Notes under the pieces: generated by a model | What the model was told of the DNA's origin: nothing | Databases searched by the model: none | The model's input: the letters and a program-made list of their open reading frames with translations, nothing else | Assembly: GCA_039630085.1 (NCBI GenBank) | Contig: JBCNVM010000007.1 | Location: 16,901-80,900 of the forward strand | Source: Candidatus Caldarchaeales archaeon | GTDB lineage: Archaea > Thermoproteota > Nitrososphaeria_A > Caldarchaeales > Calditenuaceae | Direction of reading: 5' to 3' | DNA: 64,000 bases | Translations under genes and position numbers: made by a program | Shown: piece by piece, positions 19,307 through 28,810 of the stretch | Numbering within the stretch: position 1 is the first letter of the stretch | Layout of the letters: the number at the start of each line of letters is the position of its first letter

Positions 19307-19401
19307 CGGCCCTTCTCAGCCTGAGCCCTCCCGCTATCAAGCCTTTCCCCGCCGCTTCGGAGAGGAAGACGTTTTACCGGGGCCGAGCTCGAAGTCGGGG
19401 C

Positions 19402-20268
19402 TTGAGGGCCTACAACCCGTTCGTCGGGTGGGTCGAGTTCCGGGACAGGCCGGAGAGGATCGTCAGCCTGAACCCCTCGATCACCGAGACGCTCTTCGAG
19501 CTCGGCGCCGGCGAGAGGGTCGTCGGGGTCTCGTCGTGGTGCCACAGGCCGAAGGAGGCGCTGAGCAGGCCGAAGGTCGGGAGCTACACGGTGGTCCTCG
19601 AGGAGAGGCTGCGTCAGCTCAGCCCGGACTTGATCTTCACCACCACCGGCGCCCAGAGGGAGGCCCTCCTGAAGCTCCTGGAGCTCGGCTACCCCACCTA
19701 TCCGATACCCTACCCCAAGGACCTCTACGGAATCCTCTCGATGTTCTCGGAGGTCGGAGGCCTGATCGGCGAGAACTCGAGGGCGCTGGAGCTCTGCAGG
19801 TCCGGCGTCGAGCAGATCGGCCGGCTCGCGACCATGAGGGAGAGGGGCGCGGGCGTGAGACCGCCTAGGGTCTACGTCGAGATCGACCTCGGAGGCCCGA
19901 CCGTCCCGGCCTACTTCAACCACATCACCCACGCCCTTTACGTCGCGGGGATCGAGAACGTCCTTCTCGGCAGGTCGGTCGACTACCTCTACGGCATGAA
20001 GGTCGGAGAGCACGAGGTCTTCGATGTCGCCTCTGAGCTGAGGAGGCTCGACCCGGACGTGATCGTCTTCGAGTCGAAGAGCTTCCACCCGAACCCCAGA
20101 GAGGGCCTCGAGGTCATGGAGGGGAGGGGTCTGGGAGACCTGAGGTCCGTCAGAGAGGAGAAGGTCGTCACTCTTCCCGCGGACACCCTGGCGCACTACG
20201 GCCCTTCGTTCCTGAGGGAGGTCGGAGGCGTCTGCGAGGGGATCTGGTCCCTTTACCTCAGGGGTTAG
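19402..20268 (+). CDS. BtuF-like helical-backbone metal/cobalamin-binding protein
   Basis: PERIVSLNPSITETLFELGAGERVVGVS, LSPDLI, HYGPS motifs. Confidence 0.85.
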   Translation: MRAYNPFVGWVEFRDRPERIVSLNPSITETLFELGAGERVVGVSSWCHRPKEALSRPKVGSYTVVLEERLRQLSPDLIFTTTGAQREALLKLLELGYPTYPIPYPKDLYGILSMFSEVGGLIGENSRALELCRSGVEQIGRLATMRERGAGVRPPRVYVEIDLGGPTVPAYFNHITHALYVAGIENVLLGRSVDYLYGMKVGEHEVFDVASELRRLDPDVIVFESKSFHPNPREGLEVMEGRGLGDLRSVREEKVVTLPADTLAHYGPSFLREVGGVCEGIWSLYLRG

Positions 20269-20299
20269 TCCTGGCAGCCGTGAGCGGGTCCACAGTAGG

Positions 20300-20710
20300 A
20301 CCCGAACGTCGTTAGGACTTCACCGCTTCACCGGAGGTCGGTGGAGGGTTCGACTCGTCGTCGCGTCGGCTGTGAACCGTGAAGCATGACGGAAGTGGAT
20401 CCTCAGCAGCTCCTGCCCGAGTTAGGCCGGCCTCTCGACACCCCTTCACTTCCGGTGGAGCCTGTGGAGCCCGCACTTCCTCCAAGGGAAACTCAGGGGT
20501 CTCCGAGCGCGCCCTCGACGCTGTGAAAGGCTGTGAAGGCTCCCCTCCCCTTTGCTTCCCGTGGATGACGTGGTGTTTAGGGGATCTTCGAGGGGATCCG
20601 TGGAATATACTGTTATATTGTGTATGTGATGCATTCACTACACGTTATAATCCGACGCGCCCGGACTTCTCCACCGGTCATGGAGCGGTTTCAGTTGAAA
20701 GTCAGGGGTC
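20300..20710. other. Probable chromosomal replication origin (oriC) with ORB elements and AT-rich DUE
   Basis: Four TCCA/TTCA-N3-GAA-N5-GGGG boxes at 20440-20460 (-), 20480-20500 (+), 20547-20566 (-), 20689-20709 (+); AT-rich tract ~20604-20651; immediately upstream of cdc6. Confidence 0.8.
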
Positions 20711-20721
20711 GGGAGGACCCC

Positions 20722-21936
20722 TTGGAAGACCTCATAAGGAGGACGCTCGACGGGAGGTCGCCCTTCAGGAACAGGGAAGTCCTCAGGTCCGACTACATCC
20801 CCGAGAACCTTCCACACAGGTGGGAGCACGTCAGGAGGCTGGGGGAGATCCTCTCGCCGAGCCTTAAGACGGTCAGGCCGAGCAACGTCTTCGTCTACGG
20901 GAAGACAGGGACGGGAAAGACCGCGGTCGCGAAGCACGTCCTGAAGAGATTCTCGCGGGAGGCGGAGCGGCAGGGCCTCGACCTGAGGTTCGTCTACGTG
21001 AACTGCAGGCTCTCCGGGACCGAGTACAGGGTGATCTCGGAGCTCTGCGGGGCCCTGGGCGTAAGGGTCCCCTTCACCGGCCTCTCGAAGGCCGAGGTCC
21101 TCTCCAGGTTCAGGAACGCCCTCTACAGGTCCAACTCCCTCGTCATAGCGTGCCTCGACGAGATCGACCACTTGGTCAAGACCAGCGGCGACGAGTTCCT
21201 CTACGCCCTCACGAGGATCAACGAGGGCTCCGAGGGCGGGCAGCTCTCCCTGATAGGGATCTCCAACGACCTCACTTTCAAGGAGATGCTGGACCCGAGG
21301 GTCCTCTCGTCCCTCAGCGAGGAGGAGATCGTCTTCCACCCCTACACCGCGGTCGAGCTGGTCGACATCCTCAGCGAGAGGGCCTCGATGGCGCTTCACG
21401 AGGGCGCGATCTCCGAGGGCGTGATCCAGCTCTGCGCGGCCCTCGCGGCGGCCGAGCACGGTGACGCGAGGAGGGCGATCGACCTTTTGAGGGTCGCAGC
21501 GGAGCTCGCGGAGAGGGAGGGCTCGGCGGTCGTCGAGGAGAGGCACGTCAGGGAGGCCTACGGCGTGATCGAGCAGGGCAGGGTCTACGAGGCCCTCTCA
21601 ACCCTCCCCCTCCACGGCAGGGCGATCCTCCTCTCGGTCTACCAGTGCGTCAGGGCCGGCGTCCAGAGGATAACCACCGGCATGGTCTACGCGCAGTACA
21701 GGAGGATCTGCGAGCACCTGGGGATCGAGCCCCTCACCGACAGGAGGGTCAGCTCGATACTCTCGGAGCTCGGGATGCTGGGCGTGATAACGAGCGACGT
21801 CGTGAGCTACGGCCGCTACGGCAGGACCAGGAGGATCTCGCTGAACATCCCGGTCCACGAGCTCGAGGATGTCCTCCTGCACGACGAGGCCCTCGCGGGG
21901 GCCTTGGACGTCCCCCTGAGCCAGAAGGAGGGCTGA
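20722..21936 (+). CDS. cdc6: Orc1/Cdc6 replication initiator
   Basis: DYIPENLPHR, Walker A GKTGTGKT, Walker B LDEID, LIGISN, GDARRAIDLL, C-terminal wHTH GRYGRT; start TTG 20722 (GGAGG upstream) or ATG 20680. Confidence 0.95.
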   Translation: MEDLIRRTLDGRSPFRNREVLRSDYIPENLPHRWEHVRRLGEILSPSLKTVRPSNVFVYGKTGTGKTAVAKHVLKRFSREAERQGLDLRFVYVNCRLSGTEYRVISELCGALGVRVPFTGLSKAEVLSRFRNALYRSNSLVIACLDEIDHLVKTSGDEFLYALTRINEGSEGGQLSLIGISNDLTFKEMLDPRVLSSLSEEEIVFHPYTAVELVDILSERASMALHEGAISEGVIQLCAALAAAEHGDARRAIDLLRVAAELAEREGSAVVEERHVREAYGVIEQGRVYEALSTLPLHGRAILLSVYQCVRAGVQRITTGMVYAQYRRICEHLGIEPLTDRRVSSILSELGMLGVITSDVVSYGRYGRTRRISLNIPVHELEDVLLHDEALAGALDVPLSQKEG

Positions 21937-21948
21937 AGGGCGCGAAGG

Positions 21949-23412
21949 ATGGCCGCGGCCGGAAGGCGGAGGCTCTCGCCCGAGAGGGTCGTCAGGTCCT
22001 TCTCCAGGTCCGGTTACGGCATAACCGCGGACGCCTTGGCGAGGGTCGTGGAGCTCTTCGCGACCGAGTCCGAGCTCGAGGAGCTCCTCTCGAGGATCAG
22101 GTCCAAGCTGCCGCGGGGCTCGGTCCTCGACGAGCGAACGATCTCCGAGCTCGTTCCCTCCGGGAGGCCGGAAACCCCGACGAGCGTCGAGCCGAAGGAG
22201 GTCAGGCCCGAGGCGGAGCTGAGGGTCATCTCCCCGACCTACGAGGACCTCAGGATCGAGGGGACCTACGAGGAGTTCCAGGCCCACAGGGCATCGAGGT
22301 ACGCGGGGCTCAGGTCGCTCCTCGAGGCGAGGGGGCTCGCGCTGAGGTCTGTCAGGGAGCTCCTGGAGTCGGGCCAGGAGGGCTACGCCGCGTGCGCGGT
22401 GAACGACGTCAGGTCCTCCGACGGGAGGTTCGTCCTGAGGCTCGAGGACCCGAGCGGCGTCTGGACCGCGTTCGCGCCGGCCAAGGACAGGAGGCTCACG
22501 GAGAGGCTCGAGCTCCTCGCCAGGGACATGGTCGTCGCGGTGAGGGCGGTGGGGAAGGGAGGGAGGATCGTCGTCAGGGATGTCGTCTTCCCGGAGGTCT
22601 CGACGTCGAGGAACGCGTTCAGGGGCCCCGACGTCAGGGTCTGCGTGGTCTCGGACGTCCACGTCGGGAGCTCGAAGTTCGAGAGGGAGGCGTTCGAGGA
22701 GTTCCTCAACTGGCTCTCGGACGAGTGGGAGGCCCTCAACGTCAGGTACCTCGTCGTCAACGGCGACCTCGTCGACGGCGTCTTCGTCTATCCGGGCCAG
22801 AGGGAGGAGCTGGAGCTGAAGTCGCTGAGGGAGCAGTTCGCGGAGGCTGGGAGGCTCCTCTCCAGGGTCCCGAGGGAGGTAAAGGTCGTCTACATCCCGG
22901 GGAACCACGAGCCCGTCAGGAAGGCCCTTCCCCAGCCCCCAATCCCGAGGGAGTACAGGACGGTCCTCGACCCGGAGGGGAGGTTCGAGTACGCGGGGAA
23001 CCCGGCCCTGATGGAGCTCGGGGGCGCGAGGCTCCTCTTCTCGCACGGCCAGACGATGGACGACGTCATCCAGCTCAGCTCCAGGTTCTCCTACAGCGGC
23101 CTGAGGGAGGACATCGGGGACCTGATGGAGGTCTTCCTGAGGTGCAGGCACCTGGCTCCGGCGGTCGAGGTTACGCCGGTCCTCCCCCTTCCGCGCGATC
23201 CCCTCCTCATCGAGGAGGTCCCCGACGTCCTTGCGATGGGACACGTCCACGTCGCGGCCGTGAGGAGCTACAGGGGCGTGAGGCTGGTTAACTCGGGGAC
23301 CTGGCAGGGCCAGACGAGGCTCCAGAGGAGCGTCGGCCTCGAGCCGACAGTGGGGACCGCGGCCCTGATCGACGCGAGGGACCTCTCCGCGAGGGTCCTG
23401 AAGTTCGGGTGA
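21949..23412 (+). CDS. polB: DNA polymerase D small subunit DP1 (proofreading exonuclease)
   Basis: OB-like LEDPSG region, then calcineurin-like motifs SDVHVG, GDLVDG, PGNHE, SHG, RHLAP, GHVH, NSGTWQ. Confidence 0.92.
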   Translation: MAAAGRRRLSPERVVRSFSRSGYGITADALARVVELFATESELEELLSRIRSKLPRGSVLDERTISELVPSGRPETPTSVEPKEVRPEAELRVISPTYEDLRIEGTYEEFQAHRASRYAGLRSLLEARGLALRSVRELLESGQEGYAACAVNDVRSSDGRFVLRLEDPSGVWTAFAPAKDRRLTERLELLARDMVVAVRAVGKGGRIVVRDVVFPEVSTSRNAFRGPDVRVCVVSDVHVGSSKFEREAFEEFLNWLSDEWEALNVRYLVVNGDLVDGVFVYPGQREELELKSLREQFAEAGRLLSRVPREVKVVYIPGNHEPVRKALPQPPIPREYRTVLDPEGRFEYAGNPALMELGGARLLFSHGQTMDDVIQLSSRFSYSGLREDIGDLMEVFLRCRHLAPAVEVTPVLPLPRDPLLIEEVPDVLAMGHVHVAAVRSYRGVRLVNSGTWQGQTRLQRSVGLEPTVGTAALIDARDLSARVLKFG

Positions 23413-23414
23413 GC

Positions 23415-26400
23415 TCAGAGGAAGCTCCTCAGGCTGGTCTGCCTGCCCCTCTCGGGAGGGCGCGAACCGGACCCGAAGAGCTGCGAGAGGGCGCCCAGCG
23501 ACTCGAGCGTCGCCTCCCTTATCGCTTGGTCCCTGACGTACCGCTCCATCAGCCTCAGCACCAGGTCCACGTTCTTCTCGACCATCCCCCTGTAGACCGT
23601 GAGGCCGAGGGGTTCCCCGCAGACGAGGCACGCGCCCCTGAGGGGAGGCCTAGCGTACTTCGCGTTGCACCTCCTGCAGATGAACCGCTGCATGAAGAAG
23701 GCCCTGAGGTTCCCGATGACGTCCGGGAGGACGTGGACCTCCATGACCCTCTCCGCGACCAGCGACGGGTCCACGGCCGCGACCCTCTCCGCCAGCCTCA
23801 TCTGGGCCTCGATCTTGTCGACGAGCCTCTCGAGCCTCTTGTAGGAGGACGACGTGACCGGGTGGGAGAGGAGGAACGAAGGGACCGAGAAGCCGTTGCC
23901 CTGGAGGCACTCGGGCGCTCCGACCCTCTGGCCCACCAGGGGAATCTGCCCCGCGAGGTCCGGGGCCTTCGCGGACGAGAGCGCGGCCTCGTAGAACTCG
24001 AGCGGGTATCTGGTCGCGACGTCGACGTTGTGGGACTGCTCGTCGACCTCGGCAGGGTCCACGACGACCGTGACCAGAAGGGGCGCGTCCATCGAGCCAC
24101 CGACCCTGTCGGGGAGGTAGAGCCTGCTGAAGTTGATGAGGAAGTCCGCAAGGAGCGAGACGCTGTCCTCGTCGCCGTCGCAGTCCCTCCTCTTCGCGGC
24201 GTGGACGAACGGGTGGGCGTAGACGACCTCGGCGTCCGTGAACCCGATCACCCTGCAGACGACCGCCCCGTAGGTGTGAGGGGAGATGGTCGCGACCAGG
24301 GCCCCCACGCAGTCATCGGGACTCGACCAGCCGTAGAGGGGCTCGAGGCCGTTGGCCTGGAGGTACCTGTCGACGAACTTGGAGACCCTGAAGAGGTGCT
24401 CGGCCATCCTCCTCGGGACGACGACGTCCTGCGGGAGGAGCTCGCAGACCTGTTCCTCCGAGACGAGCGGGTCGCCCCTGAAGTCCCTCTCGTAACCGAG
24501 CTCCTTGAGGACCTCGACCGGGACCGAGACTTCCTTCGGCCTGAAGTGGGTGAGGGGGGCGTTGGTCGCGTCGAACCTGACCGTCCCGTCCCTGTAGACG
24601 TAGAGCCCGAGGGAGGCCCTCAGCACGCCCTTCAGGAGGTCCTCGGGGACCGCGAACCTGCTGATCAGCTCCCTCACGCCCTTCACCTCCTCCACAAGCT
24701 CCCCCGCGGCCCTCATCGCTGCCTCGAGCTCCGACCTCAGTTCGACCTGATGGGTAACGCTGGTCACGAGCGGAGACCCGCACCTCTCGCACTTCCCGAC
24801 CTCGGGCTCGACGTATTCGTCGCCGCAGCCGGCACACCTCGAGAAGACGACGGTCGGCGAGCCGCAGGACTCGCACCTAGGTCTCCAAGTGACCCTCCCG
24901 CAGGACTGGCAGGACCTCGAGTTGAGCCTGAGGGGAACCCTGCTGAGCCTCGAGGCCTCGACCAGAGACCTCTTGGGGCCTCTGGAGAGCCCCACCGGGA
25001 AGAGGACGTGGGCCGGGGGCTTCATCCTCCTCTGGGCGGCCTTCTCCGGCCTTCCCATCCTCGCCCCGACCACGGAACCCATCCTCGGCCTGTACGGGTG
25101 GCCCGAGAGGGCCGAGAGCGCCTGACGGACGTCCATCCCCGAAACGTCGACGGGCTTGAAGGGCCTGAAGAGGAAGACGAGCGCCTTCAGCCACTGGACC
25201 TCGAGGAGGATCCTCCCGTCCCTGACCCGGTGCGGGACGAGCATCGACTCGAGGGCGGCCTTCGCGGAGGCGTCGAAGGGGAGGGACCTGTAGCGCCTGA
25301 CGTTCGAGGAGATCCACCTCCTGATCGCCTCGATCTGCTGGCCGGTCGAGTTGTCCCAGAAGGGCATGTACCTCGGGTGGATCGGGACGCCGAGCCTCGC
25401 GGAGATCCTGCAGGCGACCTCGACGGGAGGCACGTTCCTAAAGGGGTCAGCGTCGGCGAGCCTCACCCACTCCGCGTCATCGCGCAGGTCGACGCGCCGC
25501 TCGGCGACGGCCCTCTTGACCTCCTCTACCCACCACTCCTCGCAGTAGCCGGGAGGCCGGAGCCTGACGTTGCCCTCGACGCAGTCGCCGAAGCTCACCA
25601 GCAGGTCCCCCACGAAGAGCACCTTCTCCCCGAACCTGAGGGCCTCCTCGAGCCTCTCCTGCGAGTCGACCCTAACGACCGAGCCGTCCGAGAGCCTCAC
25701 GACCGGAGGCTCGATCGCGTCGACCGGCATCGCGACCCCCGCCTTCCCCGGGAAGTCGACCCTGAGCTGCGTCCCCGGGACGACGAAGTCGTCGAGGACC
25801 CTCATCGAGTAGGGGTGGACTCCGAGGGCCGACATCGAGGTGTTCGGGGCCCTTCCGTACCTGACCCTGAAGCCCCCGAACCTCCCCGAGAGCGAGAGGA
25901 CAGGCCTCCCGGCTATGACCTCGTCGACCGCGGAGGCGTTGGTCTTCGCGCCCTTCGCCGCCTCCGAGACCTCCTCGAGCCAGTCCCAGCCGTCGAGCCC
26001 GACGGCCCTCACGAGCTTCAGGACCTTCTTCGCCCTCCCGACGATGCCGTCGTGGACGACCCTGAGGGCCCCTCCGCGCAGGTAGGGGGTCTCGACCCTG
26101 TAGACCTCCCTGAAGGACGGGACGGGTATCGGGTCGGTGGGAACGCCGGTGATCTCGATGGGAAGCCTCCTCAGCACGAACTCCAGGACCTCGTCGGGGA
26201 CGTTGAACTGGAACCTCCCGACCTTCCTCCTGTAGGTCCGTACCTCCTCAAGGAACCTCATCACCTCCTCGTCGGTCGGCCTGTAGGGCGCGAGGCCCAT
26301 CAGCCTCCTGACGTGGTCCGCGAGGACTACCGAGCCCGCGACCTCCGTCCCTCCGGCAGACCTGATCGGGTTCGCGTAGTAGACCGAGAGGTGTTCGGAC

Positions 26401-26801
26401 CCGTCGGGGTTGGACTTCACCCTCACCGCCGAGATCCCCTCGGTCGGCGCGGCTGTGGTCCCCGGAGGCGTCATCACGGCCATGCAGACCCTGAAGACCC
26501 TCGTGAGCGTCGGCTCGTCGGGTTCGCCGTGCTCCTCGAGGAGCCTCTCCGCGAGCCTGAAGGGCAGGAGCTCCTTCCCGGCCCCGGACCTCAGCGCCCT
26601 CACGAGCCCCGCGACTCCCTTCAGCCCCGTCAGCAGCTCGACCCTCTCGGCCATGTCGTCGGCGACCATCACCTCGACCGAGGCCGTCGGCGAGCAGGTC
26701 CTCCTCCTTACCTCCGTCGCGACCGCGTGCTGCATCCGGAACTCCGACCTGATCGACTCGTAGTACCTCTTCAGCCGCTCCGGGAGCGAGTCCAGCTCCA
26801 C
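23415..26801 (-). CDS. polC: DNA polymerase D large subunit DP2
   Basis: PIRSAGGT, GGFRVRYGR, GARMGRPEKA, DGTVRFDATN, catalytic AKRRDCDGDED, C-terminal Zn fingers; no intein. Confidence 0.96.
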   Translation of the reverse strand: MELDSLPERLKRYYESIRSEFRMQHAVATEVRRRTCSPTASVEVMVADDMAERVELLTGLKGVAGLVRALRSGAGKELLPFRLAERLLEEHGEPDEPTLTRVFRVCMAVMTPPGTTAAPTEGISAVRVKSNPDGSEHLSVYYANPIRSAGGTEVAGSVVLADHVRRLMGLAPYRPTDEEVMRFLEEVRTYRRKVGRFQFNVPDEVLEFVLRRLPIEITGVPTDPIPVPSFREVYRVETPYLRGGALRVVHDGIVGRAKKVLKLVRAVGLDGWDWLEEVSEAAKGAKTNASAVDEVIAGRPVLSLSGRFGGFRVRYGRAPNTSMSALGVHPYSMRVLDDFVVPGTQLRVDFPGKAGVAMPVDAIEPPVVRLSDGSVVRVDSQERLEEALRFGEKVLFVGDLLVSFGDCVEGNVRLRPPGYCEEWWVEEVKRAVAERRVDLRDDAEWVRLADADPFRNVPPVEVACRISARLGVPIHPRYMPFWDNSTGQQIEAIRRWISSNVRRYRSLPFDASAKAALESMLVPHRVRDGRILLEVQWLKALVFLFRPFKPVDVSGMDVRQALSALSGHPYRPRMGSVVGARMGRPEKAAQRRMKPPAHVLFPVGLSRGPKRSLVEASRLSRVPLRLNSRSCQSCGRVTWRPRCESCGSPTVVFSRCAGCGDEYVEPEVGKCERCGSPLVTSVTHQVELRSELEAAMRAAGELVEEVKGVRELISRFAVPEDLLKGVLRASLGLYVYRDGTVRFDATNAPLTHFRPKEVSVPVEVLKELGYERDFRGDPLVSEEQVCELLPQDVVVPRRMAEHLFRVSKFVDRYLQANGLEPLYGWSSPDDCVGALVATISPHTYGAVVCRVIGFTDAEVVYAHPFVHAAKRRDCDGDEDSVSLLADFLINFSRLYLPDRVGGSMDAPLLVTVVVDPAEVDEQSHNVDVATRYPLEFYEAALSSAKAPDLAGQIPLVGQRVGAPECLQGNGFSVPSFLLSHPVTSSSYKRLERLVDKIEAQMRLAERVAAVDPSLVAERVMEVHVLPDVIGNLRAFFMQRFICRRCNAKYARPPLRGACLVCGEPLGLTVYRGMVEKNVDLVLRLMERYVRDQAIREATLESLGALSQLFGSGSRPPERGRQTSLRSFL

Positions 26802-26880
26802 GTCCAGCCCTCTCGGTCTCGGGCCCGAGATTAACGCGACGCGGTCCGCGAACGGCGGCGATCCTCCGGGATCTCCGGGG

Positions 26881-27822
26881 TCAGACCGTCCTCACCGAGA
26901 GGTCCGAGAAGCACTGCGCGCAGACGAGGTGTCCCTCGCCGACCTTCCTCGCGATCGAGAGGGGCGCGGAGCAGACCGGACACCTGAGGCCGTAGGCGAC
27001 CTTCCTGAACTGCCTTCCACACGAGGGGCACGAGACGGCGTCTAGGGGGCTCTCGGCCCCGCACCCGGAGCATACCATCGACCTGCTCGCGCTGACGGCC
27101 TCTACCTTCACCCTCCCTCCGGCGGGGGAAGGGACCGAGGGCGCTGACGGCCTCTGCGGCGCCGCTGGGACCGGAGCGGTCGCAGGACTTACCGGCGGCG
27201 CGGCGCCTTCCGTCGGTCTGAGGGGAGCGCGGGCCCTGAGACGGGGCTCAGTGAACAGCGCCCGACCCCTCGCCGCGGTCCCGAGCCTGAGGAAGGAGAC
27301 GCCCGCGGAGACCCCGGAGACCATCATCGCGACCCCGGCCGCGACCACGAAGGCGACGGTCGCGTCGGAGGGCGCCTGGAGGGCCTGTATCCTCAGGAGG
27401 CCCGAGAACGCGACGTAGTCCAGGTAGGCGACGCTGTAGAGGCTCACGAGGGCGAGGTAGAACGTCCTCACGCGGTAGGAGGACCCGAGCCTGACGTACC
27501 AGTAGGCGTCCATGACGGAGTAAACCGTCCACGGTATCGCGGCCAGCGGCAGCGTCTGCTCCCCGTCACCGGAAGATCCGGCGACCACCGAGACGTAGGT
27601 GAGGGCGCCGAGCGCGGCCAGCGCGGGGAACATGAACCCTCCCCCTCCGATCGACCTGCCGAGCCTCCTCCATCCGACCGACCTGAGCCCGATCGAGACC
27701 GGGTATGAGACGAGCGCCACGGGGTAGAGCGGGAAGAGGACGAAGGGCATAGCGTTGAGGGCGCAGAGGAAGTACCCCGCAGCGATCAGCCTCAAGCCCC
27801 TCGATCCGCTCGCCGCCCTCAC
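26881..27822 (-). CDS. Multi-pass membrane protein with Pro-rich linker and C-terminal zinc ribbons
   Basis: Several hydrophobic helices, then CSGC, CPSC, CPVC, CAQC; GTG start chosen at 27822. Confidence 0.65.
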   Translation of the reverse strand: MRAASGSRGLRLIAAGYFLCALNAMPFVLFPLYPVALVSYPVSIGLRSVGWRRLGRSIGGGGFMFPALAALGALTYVSVVAGSSGDGEQTLPLAAIPWTVYSVMDAYWYVRLGSSYRVRTFYLALVSLYSVAYLDYVAFSGLLRIQALQAPSDATVAFVVAAGVAMMVSGVSAGVSFLRLGTAARGRALFTEPRLRARAPLRPTEGAAPPVSPATAPVPAAPQRPSAPSVPSPAGGRVKVEAVSASRSMVCSGCGAESPLDAVSCPSCGRQFRKVAYGLRCPVCSAPLSIARKVGEGHLVCAQCFSDLSVRTV

Positions 27823-27886
27823 ATATCCTTTCCGCGATGACGTGACGACGGGAATACCTTTGAATTGGCTCCCGCGGCCCGGAAGC

Positions 27887-28714
27887 TCAGCGCGAGGCCC
27901 TGCCCCGAGCTCCTTGGACCTGAGCCCTGAGCGAGGCACCCTCCCTGACGCCCTCGACGACCCTGCCCAGAGCGTTGACGTCCCTCTCCGCGAGCGTCCC
28001 GGTCACGACGACGTCCGCGCCGGCCCTCACCGCCTCCCTCGCCTGCTCTCCGCTCCTGATACCTCCGCCGACGATCACCGGAAGGTCGACGGCCCTCTTC
28101 ACGGTCCCGATCACCTCGGAGGGGAGGGGCTCGGGGACGCCGGAGCCGGCCTCGAGGTATACGAACCTCATCCCTAGGTACTGGGCGGCCAGCGCGTACG
28201 CCGCCGCGATGTTCGGCTTGTGGATCGGTATCGGGTAGACCCTTCCGACGACCGCGACCGAGGACTCGGACCCGAAGACGATGTAGCCCATCGGTATCGC
28301 CTCGAGGCCGTACTCCTTAACCAGGAACGCGCCGTGGACCTGGGCCCCGAGGATGAACCACCACTCGAGGGAGTTGAGGAGGCTCATGAAGAAGATCGCG
28401 TCGGCGTACCTGCTGACCGCATTGACGTTGTTGGGGAAGATGATGACCGGCTTCTCCGTCGAGGACTTGATCGCCCTTATCGCCTCGTCGTAGGCCTCCC
28501 TCGAGTAGATCGTGGAGCCCCCGACCATGAAGGCGTCCGTGCCCTGCGAGTCCGCCTCCTCGACCAGCCTCCGGAGGTCCTCGGGCCTGACGTTCTCAGG
28601 GTCCAGGAGCGTGAGGTGGGCTGCGCCCCGCTCCTCGATGACGTGATGAAGGTAGCCCTCGACCTTACCGATCCTCGGGAGCATCAACGCCCTCAGCGCC
28701 TCCGTGCCGCTCAT
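27887..28714 (-). CDS. Geranylgeranylglyceryl phosphate synthase
   Basis: HLTLLDPE, FMVGGST, FFMSLLNS, YLEAGSG, IVGGGIRS, GADVVVTGT; ATG 28714 inside the longer track ORF. Confidence 0.93.
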   Translation of the reverse strand: MSGTEALRALMLPRIGKVEGYLHHVIEERGAAHLTLLDPENVRPEDLRRLVEEADSQGTDAFMVGGSTIYSREAYDEAIRAIKSSTEKPVIIFPNNVNAVSRYADAIFFMSLLNSLEWWFILGAQVHGAFLVKEYGLEAIPMGYIVFGSESSVAVVGRVYPIPIHKPNIAAAYALAAQYLGMRFVYLEAGSGVPEPLPSEVIGTVKRAVDLPVIVGGGIRSGEQAREAVRAGADVVVTGTLAERDVNALGRVVEGVREGASLRAQVQGARGRASR

Positions 28715-28810
28715 AAGTATTCCCGGACAGCCAGCCACGTGCCGCTCGGCGGGACCCTTACGCGGGAGCGCCGTGCTGGCTTTATTACGGATGCGGGAGG
28801 CCTGTCGACG

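Noticed and set aside
20312-20867. Short ORFs in the cdc6 upstream gap
   Set aside because: No protein features; the region is better explained as oriC.
23409-26834. 1141-aa plus-strand ORF exactly antisense to DP2
   Set aside because: Shadow frame: the biased high-GC codon use of DP2 avoids reverse-strand stops; no recognisable motifs.
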